Positions 53,679 through 64,000 are shown, counted from the stretch's first letter. The stretch is 64,000 nt of DNA from an uncultured bacterium (GCA_964561595.1 CAZLQH010000003.1:9025-73024), one strand, 5' to 3'. Program-made: numbers and translations. The notes: a model not told the origin generated them from the sequence alone.

Positions 53679-56600
53679 ATGACCCAGCCCTCCTCGACCC
53701 GAAGCGTCCCCCAGGGCGCGTCCGATCCGGCTTCCGCCGCTGCCGCGACGACCTCCGTCACCGGCGTGCGGGAGCTCGGCCTGCCGTCGGTCGCGCGCCT
53801 GGCGCGCTTCGCCCGGCACCCGGGCGAAGCGCTGCTGCTGACGACCGCCGAGCGGGCGGAGCGCTTCGCGGACGCGGACGCCTATCACGTCGCGACGGCG
53901 TTCGATCCCGACCTGGACGCCTGGAGCGACCGGCCCCGGAAGGTCGTGCTCACCCTCGATCATGCGCTCCGCGCGTTTCCACGCGATCCGGAGCGGTACC
54001 GCCTGGCGTTCGAGGTGGGTGGCGCCCACCCGCGCGACGGGCTGCTCACGACCCTGGACGCGTTCGGCTACCCCCGCGACGAGACGCCCGGGACCGCCGT
54101 ACACGGTGACAGCGTCACGATCTTCCTGGCCGACGACCCCGAAGGGCCACAGCTGCGCCTCGGATTCTTCGGTGACGAGCTCGACGAGCTGCGCCTGAAC
54201 GGCCGCGAGGCGACGACGTACGTCCTTTCGCCGCGTCGCGACGCGCCGCTGTTCGAGGAGGACGAGGAAAGCTGGGACGCCAAGGTGCTCGAGGCGCTGC
54301 CCGGCACCGTCTTCCTGGACGTCCCCGAGCTGTACGCGGGGACCGCGTCGGAGCCCGAGGCCGCCTGGCTCTGGAGCCACCTGGCCGAGCGCCAGGTGGT
54401 GTCGTTCGGGCGCGATCCGCTGGCGCTCGAAGCGGCGTCGTCGTCGCTCGCTCCGCTGCCGTACTACCGGGCGCGCCTGGACGAGTTCGCGGCGGACGCC
54501 GAAGGCTGGCTGCGGGACGGGTACGCCGTCACGCTGCTGCTGCGCTTCGAGCGGACCGGTCGCTACCTGACCGAGAAGGCGATCGGGCACCTGGCCCATC
54601 GCTGGGGGAACGGCGTGTCCGACCGGAAGGGCGAGCTCACGCTGGCGCTGGCCGGCCGGCCCGAGGGCGGCTACCGCGACGACGCGCGGCGCGAGGTCGT
54701 CCTTACCGAAGACCTGCTCTACGGGCATCAGGGCGGACGGAAGCTCCGCCGGCTTCCCGGACGCGCGGTGCAGGACGCCAGTCAGCTCACCGTCGGCGAC
54801 TACCTGATCCATCCCGACCACGGCGTGGCGCTGTTCCAAGGACTCGAGTCGCGGCAGGTGCTGGGCGTCGCCCGCGACTACCTGAAGCTGCGCTACGCCG
54901 GCGAGGGCCGGCTGTTCCTGCCGGTCGAGCAGCTGCCACTGCTGCGGCGCCACCCGGGCACGTCGGACGTGCCGCCCAAGCTGTCCACGCTGGGCACGAA
55001 CGAGTGGTCGCGAGCGAAGGAGAAGGCGCGCGTCAGCGCCCAGGAGCTGGCCGCCGAGCTGATCAAGACGTACGCCAAACGTCAGGTCAGTCAGGGCACC
55101 GCGTTCCCGCCGCAGCCCGAGTGGGACCCGCTGGTCGAGAAGAACTTCCCGTTCGTGCTGACGCCCGACCAGGCGACCTCGGTGCGCGACACGCTGACCG
55201 ACATGGAGCGGTCGATCCCGATGGACCGCCTCATCAGCGGCGACGTCGGCTTCGGCAAGACGGAGGTCGCGATCCGCGCCGCGATGCGGGCGGTGGCCAA
55301 CGGACACCAGGTCGCCATGCTGGTGCCGACGACGGTGCTGGCGAAGCAGCACTACGACACGGTCGCCGAGCGGGTCGAGGGGCTTCCGGTGAACGTCGCG
55401 CTGCTGTCTCGGTTCACGAGCGACGCGGCCGCCCGTGCCGCGCTGGCGGGGCTGGCGGACGGCACGGTGGACGTCGTGATCGGCACGCACCGCCTTCTGA
55501 ACGAGGGGATCCGCTACAAGAGCCTCGGGCTGCTGATCATCGACGAGGAGCACCGCTTCGGCGTGGGGCAGAAGGAGAAGCTCAAGGCGCTGCGCGCCAA
55601 CCTCGACGTGCTGTCGCTGTCGGCCACGCCGATCCCGCGCACGCTGTACATGAGCCTGGTGGGGCTGCGCGACGTCAGTCAGATCATGACGCCGCCCGAG
55701 GGCCGCCAGCCGATCCAGACGGTGCTGCAGCCGTACGATCCGATGACGGTGCGGAGCGCGATCGTGCACGAGCTCGAGCGCGGCGGCAAGACGTACTACA
55801 TCCACGACCGGATCGGCTCGATGTCGATGCGGGCCCGCACGCTGCAGCAGCTCGTGCCCGAGGCGCGCATCGGGGTGGCGCACGGGCAGATGGCCGCGGA
55901 CGAGCTCGAGGCGATCATGCTGGGCTTCGAGGAGGGCGCGTTCGACGTGCTCCTGGCCACGACCATCGTCGAGTCGGGCCTGGACGTCGCCGGCGCGAAC
56001 ACGCTGATCATCGAGCGTGCCGACCGCCTGGGCCTGGCGCAGCTCTACCAGCTGCGCGGCCGCGTGGGGCGCCGCCAGACCGAGGCGTGGGCGTACCTGC
56101 TCTACCCCGGACGCCTCACCGAGCAGGCGCAGCGGCGGCTGTACGCGATCGCCGAGCTGAACGACCTGGGCTCGGGGCACCTGCTGGCCGAGAAGGACAT
56201 GGAGATCCGCGGCGTGGGGAACCTGCTCGGTCCCGAGCAGCACGGGCACGTCAGCGCCGTCTCGCTGGAGGTCTACACCGAGCTCCTCGCCGAGGAGGTC
56301 GCGAAGCTCAAGGGCGAGGAGAAGGCTGCGGCGCGTCCCGCCGTGTCGCTGGACCTGAACGTCGATGCCAGGCTGACGCCGGCGTACCTGCCGAACGACG
56401 ACGAGCGGATCGCGTTCTACGGACGCCTCGCGGAGGCCGAGGGCCTGGCCGAGGTGAGCCGCATCGCGCGCGAGCTTCGCTCGGCCCGCGGTCCGTTCCC
56501 GCCCGAGGTGAAGGCGTTCCTGGAGCTCGTCAAGCTGCGCCTGCTGGCCGAAGGCAAGGGCGTCGCCGCGATCAGCGAGCACATGACGGACGTCCAGGTG

Positions 56601-56771
56601 TCGTTCCGCGCCAACTTCGACGAGCTCGACTACGACCCGCGCAAGCTCAGGGACCTGCCGTTCACGGCGGAGGCGACGCGCTACCCGCCCGGCTTCTCGG
56701 TCAAGAAGCGGGGGTTGGCGTCTGCCGATCTGCCCCAGTCGCTGCAACAGCTGCTGTACGTCGTGGGCTGA
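53679..56771 (+). CDS. mfd: Transcription-repair coupling factor
   Basis: ORF 53598..56771(+). I start at ATG 53679. In-frame GTG 53598 and 53607 (the latter 10 nt after a TATCCT hexamer) are alternatives, but GC3 is weaker there. CarD/TRCF domain [17 protein letters not shown]; SF2 helicase motifs [34 protein letters not shown]; TRCF C-terminal domain. Confidence 0.9.
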   Translation: MTQPSSTRSVPQGASDPASAAAATTSVTGVRELGLPSVARLARFARHPGEALLLTTAERAERFADADAYHVATAFDPDLDAWSDRPRKVVLTLDHALRAFPRDPERYRLAFEVGGAHPRDGLLTTLDAFGYPRDETPGTAVHGDSVTIFLADDPEGPQLRLGFFGDELDELRLNGREATTYVLSPRRDAPLFEEDEESWDAKVLEALPGTVFLDVPELYAGTASEPEAAWLWSHLAERQVVSFGRDPLALEAASSSLAPLPYYRARLDEFAADAEGWLRDGYAVTLLLRFERTGRYLTEKAIGHLAHRWGNGVSDRKGELTLALAGRPEGGYRDDARREVVLTEDLLYGHQGGRKLRRLPGRAVQDASQLTVGDYLIHPDHGVALFQGLESRQVLGVARDYLKLRYAGEGRLFLPVEQLPLLRRHPGTSDVPPKLSTLGTNEWSRAKEKARVSAQELAAELIKTYAKRQVSQGTAFPPQPEWDPLVEKNFPFVLTPDQATSVRDTLTDMERSIPMDRLISGDVGFGKTEVAIRAAMRAVANGHQVAMLVPTTVLAKQHYDTVAERVEGLPVNVALLSRFTSDAAARAALAGLADGTVDVVIGTHRLLNEGIRYKSLGLLIIDEEHRFGVGQKEKLKALRANLDVLSLSATPIPRTLYMSLVGLRDVSQIMTPPEGRQPIQTVLQPYDPMTVRSAIVHELERGGKTYYIHDRIGSMSMRARTLQQLVPEARIGVAHGQMAADELEAIMLGFEEGAFDVLLATTIVESGLDVAGANTLIIERADRLGLAQLYQLRGRVGRRQTEAWAYLLYPGRLTEQAQRRLYAIAELNDLGSGHLLAEKDMEIRGVGNLLGPEQHGHVSAVSLEVYTELLAEEVAKLKGEEKAAARPAVSLDLNVDARLTPAYLPNDDERIAFYGRLAEAEGLAEVSRIARELRSARGPFPPEVKAFLELVKLRLLAEGKGVAAISEHMTDVQVSFRANFDELDYDPRKLRDLPFTAEATRYPPGFSVKKRGLASADLPQSLQQLLYVVG

Positions 56772-56852
56772 GGCGGGCGAGCGCGTCGCGAGGCGGCCGG
56801 TACGGCGTCGCCCGCGAGCATCGTCATCGGGCGGGCACGGCGCGAACGAGAT

Positions 56853-56879
56853 CGGGTCCGCTCACGAGGAGCGGACCCG
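56853..56879. terminator. Hairpin between convergent mfd and OMP genes
   Basis: CGGGTCCGCTC-ACGAG-GAGCGGACCCG, an 11-bp perfect stem. Confidence 0.55.
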
Positions 56880-56905
56880 AAGGTTCGTCGATGTCGATCG
56901 TTCGG

Positions 56906-57388
56906 TCAGAAGTCGAAGTGGTAGTTCACGCCGAGTCGGGCGTCGAACCCGAATCCGCCTTCGTCCGTCGCATCGTCGCCATCGATGTCGAACCCGAGCG
57001 ACGGGCCGACCTCGAGAAAGACGCCGAGCTCTTCGATGCCGATGTCGCCGAGCCGGTACTCGCCACCGACGAGCGCCTTGACCGCGACGGCCTTGCCGAA
57101 CACCAAGCCGGCGCCGCCGCCGACGTACACGTTCACGGGCACCTCGCCGGTGTCGACGTCGAGGCCGTACAGCGCGTCCGCACCGAACGAAGCGCCGTCG
57201 GCGCCTGCGTAGGCGTAGCCCACGTTCACGCGGACGTCCAGGCCATCGGTGACGATGTCCTCGACGCCGAAGTGCAGCGCGGCGCCGGGGTAGCCGCCGC
57301 TCAGGCCGACCCAAGCTCCGGTCTGGGCGAACGCGGCTCCACTGCCGAGCACGAGAGCGGCCAGCAGGCCGAACAGGAGATTGCGCAT
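56906..57388 (-). CDS. Small outer-membrane beta-barrel protein
   Basis: Part of ORF 56906..57457(-). ATG 57388 with a GGAGGGA SD. Signal peptide MRNLLFGLLAALVLGSGAAFAQ. Alternating hydrophobic beta-strand pattern, Gly/Asp-rich loops, C-terminal ...GVNYHFDF. A possible TTGTGG-17 nt-TAGAGT promoter lies in the AT-richer 57389-57520 spacer. Confidence 0.75.
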   Translation of the reverse strand: MRNLLFGLLAALVLGSGAAFAQTGAWVGLSGGYPGAALHFGVEDIVTDGLDVRVNVGYAYAGADGASFGADALYGLDVDTGEVPVNVYVGGGAGLVFGKAVAVKALVGGEYRLGDIGIEELGVFLEVGPSLGFDIDGDDATDEGGFGFDARLGVNYHFDF

Positions 57389-57520
57389 GGGATCCCTCCA
57401 AAGGAACACGAGATTCAGGGCACGGATACGGCGCCCCGTCTTTCGCGACTCTAGCACGGGCCGAAAACCCCCACAAGTACGGAAATTCGCATACGAACCG
57501 ACGTAGACGGCGTTTCTGCG

Positions 57521-57871
57521 TCAGCCGCCACGGCTCCGCTCGCGGTAGCGGCGCTGTGCATCCCGCGTTCTGGGCGTGGCCTCGTTGCACGCCGGCAGCT
57601 CTCCGTGCCGCGCCAGGTGGCGGACCAGCAGGTCCGCCTCCTCGGCTTGAGGCACACGGCTCTCCGCCATGCGCCAGTACGCAGCGTGCCGAGCCACGCA
57701 GCCGTCCGCGGCGAGGTGCTGGCGGATCCGGCTCGGGACGTCGCGGGCCGACTGGCCGACGTAGATCGTCCGGCGCCGTTCGTCCGCGATCTCGTACACT
57801 CCGGGCGCCGGATCGCGACCCCGGCGCTGGGGCAACGCGCTCAACGACCGCCAGCGCGCGAAGATCGGCAC
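57521..57871 (-). CDS. GIY-YIG nuclease-family small protein
   Basis: ORF 57521..57871(-), 116 aa. The GTG start lies 1 nt after the era stop. GVYEIADERRRTIYVGQSARDVPSRIRQH matches the GIY-(9-11 aa)-YIG core plus the conserved Arg. Confidence 0.7.
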   Translation of the reverse strand: MPIFARWRSLSALPQRRGRDPAPGVYEIADERRRTIYVGQSARDVPSRIRQHLAADGCVARHAAYWRMAESRVPQAEEADLLVRHLARHGELPACNEATPRTRDAQRRYRERSRGG

Positions 57872-57872
57872 G

Positions 57873-59045
57873 TCAGCCGTCGTAGCCCAGCTCGCGCAGC
57901 GCCTCGGTGTCCATCCGCCAGTCGCGGCGGACCACGACCTCCAGATCGAGGAAGATCTTCTGGTCCAGGAAGATCTCGAGCTGCTTGCGGGCGGTCCGAC
58001 CGATCTCGCGGATCATCCGTCCGCCGTGGCCGATCACGATCGGGCGGTGCTGCGGCTTCTCGACCCAGATCTCGGCCTGGATGATGAGCGGCTGTTCCGC
58101 CTCCTCGTCCGCGTCGATCCACTCGTCCACCTTCACCGCCACGGTGTAGGGGAGCTCCTGGTAAAGGTGCGTCATGGCGCTCTCGCGGATCAGCTCGCCG
58201 GCCCACTGCTCGCGCGACTGGTCGCTCCGCAGGTTCTCGGGGAAGTAGTACGGCGACTCGGGAAGGAGGTCCAGGAGGTCGTCGCGAAGCTCGTACACCG
58301 CCTTCGGATCGTTCTGGGCCGAGAGCATGTAGCGGCGCGTGATGTTCGCTCCCAGCTCGGCGTACAGCTCCATCGCCTCCTCCGGGTACTTCGCGACGTC
58401 CAGCTTGTTGCCGATGAGGAACACCGGCGTGGCCGGATCGATGCCGCGGAGCAGGCGAGCGACGTCCCTGTCCTCGTCGCCGGGAGGTCGTCGCAGGTCG
58501 ACGACCCAGAGCACGACCTCGACGTCCGCCACCGCCCCGCGGATCTCGCGGGACATGAAGGTGTCCAGCGCGGTGCGTCCCTTGTGGAGCCCCGGGGTGT
58601 CGACGAACACCAGCTGGCGGCGGGCGGGAACGTCGGTCCAGATGCCGCGCACGCCGCGCCGGGTGGTCTGGGGCTTGGGGCTGATCGGCGCGACCTTCAC
58701 GCCCAGCACCGTGTTCAGCAGCGTCGACTTGCCGACGTTGGGCTTGCCGAGGATCGCGACGAAGCCCGACCGCATGGGGGTGACGGGCACGTCCTCGTCC
58801 GGCTCGAGCGCGTCGATGCGGACCTCGGCGTCGATCGCCGGCGTGCCCTCGCTCCGCGTCTCGACGTGGACGTCGACGCGGGCGTCGGGAATCGTCTCCT
58901 GCGCCGGCGCCTCGTCGGGAACGGCGTCGGCCCGATCTTCGGCGCCGCCGTCGACGACGCGGTTCTCGCCGTCGGGCCGGTCGCGGTCCGTCTCGTCGTG
59001 GTCGCGTGGGGTGCGTTCGTTCAGATCGTCAGCGAAGTCGGTCAT
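57873..59045 (-). CDS. era: GTPase Era with a roughly 90-aa acidic N-terminal extension
   Basis: ORF 57873..59045(-), 390 aa. Strong SD GGGAGGAAG before ATG 59045, and high GC3 throughout the extension. G1 [10 protein letters not shown]3 DTPG, G4 NKLD, C-terminal KH domain. A canonical-length Era would begin at Met91 (58775). Confidence 0.88.
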   Translation of the reverse strand: MTDFADDLNERTPRDHDETDRDRPDGENRVVDGGAEDRADAVPDEAPAQETIPDARVDVHVETRSEGTPAIDAEVRIDALEPDEDVPVTPMRSGFVAILGKPNVGKSTLLNTVLGVKVAPISPKPQTTRRGVRGIWTDVPARRQLVFVDTPGLHKGRTALDTFMSREIRGAVADVEVVLWVVDLRRPPGDEDRDVARLLRGIDPATPVFLIGNKLDVAKYPEEAMELYAELGANITRRYMLSAQNDPKAVYELRDDLLDLLPESPYYFPENLRSDQSREQWAGELIRESAMTHLYQELPYTVAVKVDEWIDADEEAEQPLIIQAEIWVEKPQHRPIVIGHGGRMIREIGRTARKQLEIFLDQKIFLDLEVVVRRDWRMDTEALRELGYDG

Positions 59046-59139
59046 GACTTCCTCCCGTCGGCGCCGCGGTCTTCGTCCCCGTGCACGGAGCGCGTCCCGG
59101 TTCGGGAGTCGCGGACCGCGCCTGGGCCTGCACGACGAA

Positions 59140-59157
59140 GGGCCCCTTCCGGGGCCC
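59140..59157 (-). terminator. Hairpin downstream of tRNA-fMet
   Basis: GGGCCCC-GGAA-GGGGCCC on the minus strand, followed by TTCGTCGTG, 12 nt after the tRNA 3' end. Confidence 0.45.
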
Positions 59158-59168
59158 CTCGCGGCGGT

Positions 59169-59245
<77 letters not shown>

Positions 59246-59275
59246 GCGGCGCAAAGACAAGTATAGACGAGGCGG

Positions 59276-60166
59276 TCAAGGTACGTCAAGGCCACCGTGA
59301 TCATCGCCACGGTCATGGTCGACCGAGCCTCCCGCCGGCGTCGTTCCGGGGTACGGCTCGCCAGCGGCGCAGGCGGCGACCTCCAGGCGCAGGTCGGTGA
59401 TCGCCGGCGCGTCGCCGCAGATGGCGCAGCCGGGCCGGCGAGCCAGCACGACCCGCTGCTGCGCCCAGGCGGCCAGGTCGACGTGGAGCAGGCCGTGCGG
59501 CGCAGCGCCGCCGAGTCCCGCGACGGTGCGGATGGCCTCGAGCGCCATCCACGCGCCGATCACGCCGGCGGCCGGACCCAGCACGCCCACCTCGGCGCAC
59601 GAGGGGATGGACCGCGGCGAGGGCGGCTCGGGGTAGAGGCAGCGGTAGCACGGAGCGTCGCCCCCAGCCAGCCTCGCGACCTGACCCTCGAGCCGGGAGA
59701 CGGCGCCGAACACCAGCGGCTTGCCTTCGAGCACGCACGCGTCGCTGACCAGGTAGCGCGTCGCCGGATTGTCGCTGGCGTCGACGATGACGTCGTGATC
59801 CCGCACCAGGGCGCGACCGTTCGCCGGCTCGAACGCCTCCTCCACGCCGTGGGCGCGCAGCTCGGGATCGACCTCGCGGGCACGCTCGGCCGCCAGCGCG
59901 GCCTTGGCCCGTCCGACGTCCGCGTCGCGGTAGAGGATCTGGCGATGCAGGTCGGCACGCCGCACGACGCCCGGATCCACGACCGTGAGCCGCCCGACGC
60001 CCGACCCCGCGAGGTACGCGATCGCCGGAGAGCCCAGACCGCCCGCACCGATCACCAAAACCGACGCGTTTGCCAGCGCGGCCTGGCCCTCCGGGCCCAG
60101 CTCGGGCAAGACCAGCTGACGCGCGAACCGCTCGCGGCGGCGCTCGGGTATCGCTGCGTACAGCAT
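59276..60166 (-). CDS. ThiF/MoeB/HesA-family E1-like adenylyltransferase
   Basis: ORF 59276..60166(-), 296 aa. RFARQLVLPELGPEGQAAL, nucleotide loop VIGAGGLGSP, Zn-type Cys pairs CYRC and CAICG. Confidence 0.85.
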   Translation of the reverse strand: MLYAAIPERRRERFARQLVLPELGPEGQAALANASVLVIGAGGLGSPAIAYLAGSGVGRLTVVDPGVVRRADLHRQILYRDADVGRAKAALAAERAREVDPELRAHGVEEAFEPANGRALVRDHDVIVDASDNPATRYLVSDACVLEGKPLVFGAVSRLEGQVARLAGGDAPCYRCLYPEPPSPRSIPSCAEVGVLGPAAGVIGAWMALEAIRTVAGLGGAAPHGLLHVDLAAWAQQRVVLARRPGCAICGDAPAITDLRLEVAACAAGEPYPGTTPAGGSVDHDRGDDHGGLDVP

Positions 60167-61456
60167 CTACGTCGGGTCGGCGCCCAGCAGCTCGAGCACC
60201 AACGGTGGCGCCTCGGCGTGCTCGGCGATACGGATGGCGCCCATCAGCGCCGCGCGTGCCTCGTCGAGGCCCCGACCGTCGCGGTGGACGACCGTCGCGA
60301 CCGCCTCGCCCCGACGTACCGGGTCGCCGATCTTGGCGTGAAGCTCCACGCCGACGCCCAGGTCCACCCGATCGTCCTTCCGCGTGCGTCCCCCGCCCAG
60401 CAGCCGCACCGCCCGGCCCACGCGGAGCGCGTCCAGGTCGGCCAGCACGCCGTCCTCGGGAGCGGCGATCTCGACGCGGTCCGGCGCCAGCGCCAGCGCG
60501 TCGGGGTCGTCCAGGTCGCCTTCCTGGGCCTCGATCCAGCGGTCGAACCGGCGTCGGGCCGAGCCGTCGTCCAGCGCGGCTTCGATCCGCTCCGGGCTCG
60601 CCTCCAGGCCAGAGGCCTCCAGGACCTCCGCGGCGAGGATCACGACCAGCTCGCGCAGGTCGTCGGGGCCGCCGCCGTCCAGCGCGGCGATCGCCTCGCG
60701 CACCTCGAGCGCGTTGCCGACCGCCGAGCCCAGCGGCTGTTCCATGCCCGAGAGGACCACGCGGACGTTGCGCCCGGAGTGCCTGCCGATCGCCCGCATC
60801 GTTCGGCCCAACGCGCGGCCCTGCTCGGCGTCCGCCATGAACGCGCCGCGCCCCACCTTGACGTCCAGCACGATCGACGCGGCGCCGCCGGCCAGCTTCT
60901 TGCTCATCACGCTCGCTGCGATCAGCGGCAGCGAGGCGACCGTCGCCGTGGCGTCGCGCAGCGCGTAGAGCACCTTGTCGGCGGGCGCCATCTCGCCCGA
61001 CTGGCCCGCGACGACGACGCCGATCTCGCGCGCCTGGCGCAAGAACGCATCGTCGTGAAGCGAGGTCCGGTAGCCGGGAATGCTCTCGAGCTTGTCGACC
61101 GTTCCGCCCGTGTGCCCGAGCCCCCGACCGGACACCTTCGCGACCGTCGCGCCGCAGGCGGCCAGCAGCGGCGCCAGGACCAGCGTGGTCTTGTCGCCGA
61201 CGCCCCCCGTGGAGTGCTTGTCGACGGTGTGCGGGAGGCCCTGGAGGTCCAGCCGATCGCCGCTGGCGGCCATCGCATCCGTGAGAACGGACGTCTCCTC
61301 GTCGCTGAGACCGCGGAAGAACACGGCCATCAGCCACGCCGCCGCCTGGTAGTCGGGGATCTCGCCGCGCGCGACGCCGCCGACGAAGGCGCGCAGGTCG
61401 GTGTCGGTGTGCGTGCCGCCGTCGCGCTTCGCCTCGATGAACGTGGGTACGTGCAT
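60167..61456 (-). CDS. deoA: Thymidine / pyrimidine-nucleoside phosphorylase
   Basis: ORF 60167..61456(-), 429 aa. IEAKRDGG, VDKHSTGGVGDKT, SGRGLGHTGGTVDKLESIPG. Confidence 0.9.
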   Translation of the reverse strand: MHVPTFIEAKRDGGTHTDTDLRAFVGGVARGEIPDYQAAAWLMAVFFRGLSDEETSVLTDAMAASGDRLDLQGLPHTVDKHSTGGVGDKTTLVLAPLLAACGATVAKVSGRGLGHTGGTVDKLESIPGYRTSLHDDAFLRQAREIGVVVAGQSGEMAPADKVLYALRDATATVASLPLIAASVMSKKLAGGAASIVLDVKVGRGAFMADAEQGRALGRTMRAIGRHSGRNVRVVLSGMEQPLGSAVGNALEVREAIAALDGGGPDDLRELVVILAAEVLEASGLEASPERIEAALDDGSARRRFDRWIEAQEGDLDDPDALALAPDRVEIAAPEDGVLADLDALRVGRAVRLLGGGRTRKDDRVDLGVGVELHAKIGDPVRRGEAVATVVHRDGRGLDEARAALMGAIRIAEHAEAPPLVLELLGADPT

Positions 61457-61511
61457 GACGCCACTCTAGCGCAGCGGTAGCGAGCTCCCGTTCCCGTCGG
61501 AACGGCAGCGG

Positions 61512-63023
61512 CTACGCGTCCGAAGCGTCCCGAGCGGCGTCCGCGCCGGCGGCCCGTGCCGACAGGGCGGCGCGCGCCTCTTCGGCCTCGTTCCACGGCC
61601 GCCTGCCGTCGGCACGCTCCAGCGTCGTCTCGTGTCCCTTCCCGGCCAGCAGGACGATGTCGCCGGGACGGGCGCGACGGACCGCTTCGCGGATCGCGTC
61701 CCGCCGGTCGGCGATCCGCTGGAAGGTCACGCCCTCCTGCCCCCCCGCCGCCCGTGCGCCACCCGCGAGCTGCTGCAGGATCGTGTCGGGGTCCTCGCTG
61801 CGGGCGTCCTCCTCGGTGAAGATCGCGAGGTCCGCGCCGGCGGTCGCGGCGGCGCCCAGCGGAGCGCGCTTGCCCGGATCGCGCTCGCCGGCGGCGCCGA
61901 CCACGACGATGCGGCGGCCGCCCGCCGGCGCGGCCGCAGCCAGCGCCTTCGCCAGCGCGGGCGCCGTGTGCGCGAAGTCCACGATCACCGCGAACGGCTC
62001 GGCCTGGACGATCTGCATCCGGCCGGGCACGCCGGGAAAGGTGGCCAGACGCGCGACGGCGTCGTCGACGTCCAGGCCCTCGTGCGCCGCGGCGGCCAGC
62101 GCCGCCACGGCGTTCCAGGCGTTGTAGCCGCCCACCATGGGGAGCCGTGCTTCGTGCTCGGCCCCGTCCGGCGCGCCGACACGAAGCGAGAGACGTCCGC
62201 CCTTCGGGCTCACCGCGAGCAGCCGCCAGTCGGCGGAGGGGTGCTCGCCGTAGCTGGTCGATGCGGGCGCCTCGGCCGCGAAGAAGGCGTACGCGTCGTC
62301 GTCGCGGTTCAGGATCGCGTGCGGCGCGCGGCGCACCAGCTGCGCCTTGGCGTCGCGATAGGTGGCGAGGTCGCCGTGGAAGTCGAGGTGCTCGGGCGAC
62401 AGGTTCGTCCACACCGCCAGGGCGTACGCGACCTCGTCGAGGCGGCGAAGCGCCAGTCCGTGCGAGCTCGACTCGAGCACCACGTGGGCCGCGCCGTGAT
62501 CCACGGCCTCGGCCAGGAACGCCTGCACCACGTCCGCCTCCGGTGTCGTGAACGCGCCGGTCGTGGCGGGCTCCGTGGGCCCCAGCCGCGTCATCGCGGT
62601 CGAGGCCAGGGCGGTGGGGGACGCGCCGCTCAGCAGCCACCAGAGCAGCGCCGAGGTGGTCGTCTTGCCGTCCGTGCCGGTCACGCCGATCACGCGGGTG
62701 CGCCGCGAGGGGCGGCCGTGCACCACCGCCGCCAGGCGAGCGACGGCGGCGCGGTCGTCGGGGACGCGCAGGTACGGCACGCCCCGGAGGGCGTCGCGCG
62801 GGGGATCGTCGCGGGCGCCCGCGACCAGCGCCGCGCCCGCGTCCACCGCGTCGGCCACGAATCGGTGCCCGTCGACGCGGGCGCCGCGGCGAGCCACGAA
62901 GACGGCGCCCGGTCGGACGCGGGCGGCGTCCTGCACGACGCCGGTGACGACGGTGTCGGGCAGCGTACGGGCGACGCCTGCGAGCTCCGGGTAGGCGGAA
63001 CGGATCAGGTCGCGCAGGCGCAC
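61512..63023 (-). CDS. murE: UDP-N-acetylmuramoyl-L-alanyl-D-glutamate-diamino acid ligase
   Basis: ORF 61512..63023(-), 503 aa, GTG start. VIGVTGTDGKTTT P-loop, Mur ligase middle and C-terminal domains. The added amino acid (ornithine, Lys or DAP) cannot be told from the sequence by eye. Confidence 0.9.
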   Translation of the reverse strand: MRLRDLIRSAYPELAGVARTLPDTVVTGVVQDAARVRPGAVFVARRGARVDGHRFVADAVDAGAALVAGARDDPPRDALRGVPYLRVPDDRAAVARLAAVVHGRPSRRTRVIGVTGTDGKTTTSALLWWLLSGASPTALASTAMTRLGPTEPATTGAFTTPEADVVQAFLAEAVDHGAAHVVLESSSHGLALRRLDEVAYALAVWTNLSPEHLDFHGDLATYRDAKAQLVRRAPHAILNRDDDAYAFFAAEAPASTSYGEHPSADWRLLAVSPKGGRLSLRVGAPDGAEHEARLPMVGGYNAWNAVAALAAAAHEGLDVDDAVARLATFPGVPGRMQIVQAEPFAVIVDFAHTAPALAKALAAAAPAGGRRIVVVGAAGERDPGKRAPLGAAATAGADLAIFTEEDARSEDPDTILQQLAGGARAAGGQEGVTFQRIADRRDAIREAVRRARPGDIVLLAGKGHETTLERADGRRPWNEAEEARAALSARAAGADAARDASDA

Positions 63024-63039
63024 GTCGCGGACCCCGCCC

Positions 63040-63666
63040 TCAGCCCCGGACCAGCGGCGGCACCAGGCCGTGCGGCTCGAGCAGCGCGAACGTCCGCTGC
63101 TGATCGGCGACCGAGCCGACGAAGTCGAGGTCGTCGGCGGGAACGACGACGACCCGCGACAGCTCGTACTCGCTCACGAACGCGTCGTACAGCTCGTTCA
63201 GCCGCTCCAGGTAGCTCTCGGCGATGTCGGTCTCGTAGCCGCGACCGCGTAGCGCGATCCGCGCCTGCAAGGTCGGGACGGAGGCCCGAAGGTAGACGAG
63301 CAGGTCGGGCGGCCGCAGCGTGGCGGCGATCGCCTCGTACATCCTGCGGTAGCTCGCGTGGTCGCGGTCGTTCAGCACGCCGTCGCGCCAGAGGGCGCGC
63401 GCGAACACGGCGGCGTCCTCGTAGATCGTCCGGTCCTGGATCACGCGCTCGCCCGGATTGACCTGCCGGAGGTGCTGGCGGAGTCGCTCGGCCAGGAAGA
63501 ACATCTGGGAGTGGAACGCCCAGCGCGGCATGTCGCGGTAGAAGTCGGGCAGGTACGGATTCTCGTCGACCGACTCGTAGATCGGCTCCAGCCGGTAGCG
63601 GTCGGAGAGGAGTCGCGTCAGGCTGGACTTCCCGACGCCGATGTTTCCTGCTACGGCTACGTACAC
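63040..63666 (-). CDS. Deoxynucleoside kinase (dAK/dGK/dCK family)
   Basis: ORF 63040..63666(-), 208 aa, GTG start. P-loop AGNIGVGKSS, ERS-like motif FFLAERL, DRTIYED, LID region LRGRGYE. Confidence 0.88.
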   Translation of the reverse strand: MYVAVAGNIGVGKSSLTRLLSDRYRLEPIYESVDENPYLPDFYRDMPRWAFHSQMFFLAERLRQHLRQVNPGERVIQDRTIYEDAAVFARALWRDGVLNDRDHASYRRMYEAIAATLRPPDLLVYLRASVPTLQARIALRGRGYETDIAESYLERLNELYDAFVSEYELSRVVVVPADDLDFVGSVADQQRTFALLEPHGLVPPLVRG

Positions 63667-63672
63667 GTCTGC

Positions 63673-64000
63673 TCAGGCGACCTTGGCGAGCTGGAGAACG
63701 TCGGCCAGAACCGCGTCCCGGTCCGCTTCCGAGGCGACGAAGTCGACGTCGGACGCCTCGATCACGTGCAGCGGGTAGGGACAGTGCTCGAACCAGGCGT
63801 CGTACGCCCGGCCCAGCCGACGGAGGTACTCGGGATCCATGTCCCGCTCGAACGGTCTGGCCCGCTGCGCGATCCTGGGCAGCAGCAGCTCCGGATCGGC
63901 GCGGAGGTAGACCACCAGGTCGGGCGGCGCCAGCTTCGGCCGCAACGACCGGTACAGGTCCTGGTAGAGCTCCCACTCGTCACCCTGCAGGTTCAGCGAT
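63673..64000 (-). CDS. Second deoxynucleoside kinase paralogue; N-terminal part lies outside the window
   Basis: The track shows 63673..63945 from an internal TTG, but the frame stays open to 64000 (...LNLQGDEWELYQDLYRSLRPKLAPPDLVVYLRADPELLLPRIAQRARPFERDMDPEYL...). This matches the C-terminal half of dNK-family kinases. Confidence 0.8.
   Translation of the reverse strand, partial: SLNLQGDEWELYQDLYRSLRPKLAPPDLVVYLRADPELLLPRIAQRARPFERDMDPEYLRRLGRAYDAWFEHCPYPLHVIEASDVDFVASEADRDAVLADVLQLAKVA

Noticed and set aside
57389-57520. The AT-richer 132-nt spacer upstream of the OMP gene as a possible small RNA or mobile-element scar.
   Set aside because: It is adequately explained as the OMP promoter (TTGTGG-17 nt-TAGAGT on the minus strand) plus a roughly 70-nt 5' UTR with an SD. 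No repeats or conserved RNA motifs are recognisable by eye.

Overview
Very GC-rich (about 70% by eye) chromosomal segment, densely coding on both strands. I call 57 CDS (two run off the window edges), one initiator tRNA-Met and one TPP riboswitch. I saw no rRNA, CRISPR array, transposase, integrase or phage genes.

The organism looks like a diderm of the Deinococcus-Thermus type. Evidence: short signal peptides ending in A-x-A-Q, a small beta-barrel OMP ending in Phe, futalosine-pathway menaquinone genes, and widespread leaderless starts. I cannot confirm this taxonomic guess without a database search.

Most content is housekeeping or metabolic: pta, mutS2, hsp20, mreB, acnA, trxA, rsmI, mfd, era, murE, deoA, two deoxynucleoside kinases, and thiamine, peptide and sugar ABC transporters.

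Observations most worth follow-up:
1. A 1060-aa STAND-like P-loop NTPase heads a tightly coupled acuA-acuB-acuC plus beta-hydroxyacid dehydrogenase operon, with no acsA nearby.
2. A full-length bacterial homologue of the eukaryotic phosphorylase kinase alpha/beta regulatory subunit (GH15-like). With an AEC transporter gene it is wedged, in opposite orientation, into a thiamine salvage operon. The TPP riboswitch therefore sits only in front of thiB.
3. An Lrp-regulated GsiB-like peptide importer lacking ATPase genes, fused into a cluster with a DUF1028 Ntn hydrolase, a single half-size CHR transporter and a signal-less GGT.
4. TAnnnT -10 hexamers lie 5-10 nt upstream of about 18 start codons. 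This indicates leaderless mRNAs and changes many start calls relative to the longest ORFs.
5. A CsoR-family repressor with C-Y-C instead of C-H-C, with a nested palindromic operator.
6. A 403-nt lower-GC intergenic region after pta carrying clustered TGCGCA motifs and a perfect 11-bp-arm palindrome.

The many long Arg/Pro/Gly-rich ORFs in the track are shadow ORFs typical of high-GC DNA, and I rejected them. All family assignments come from reading motifs by eye; no database search was run.
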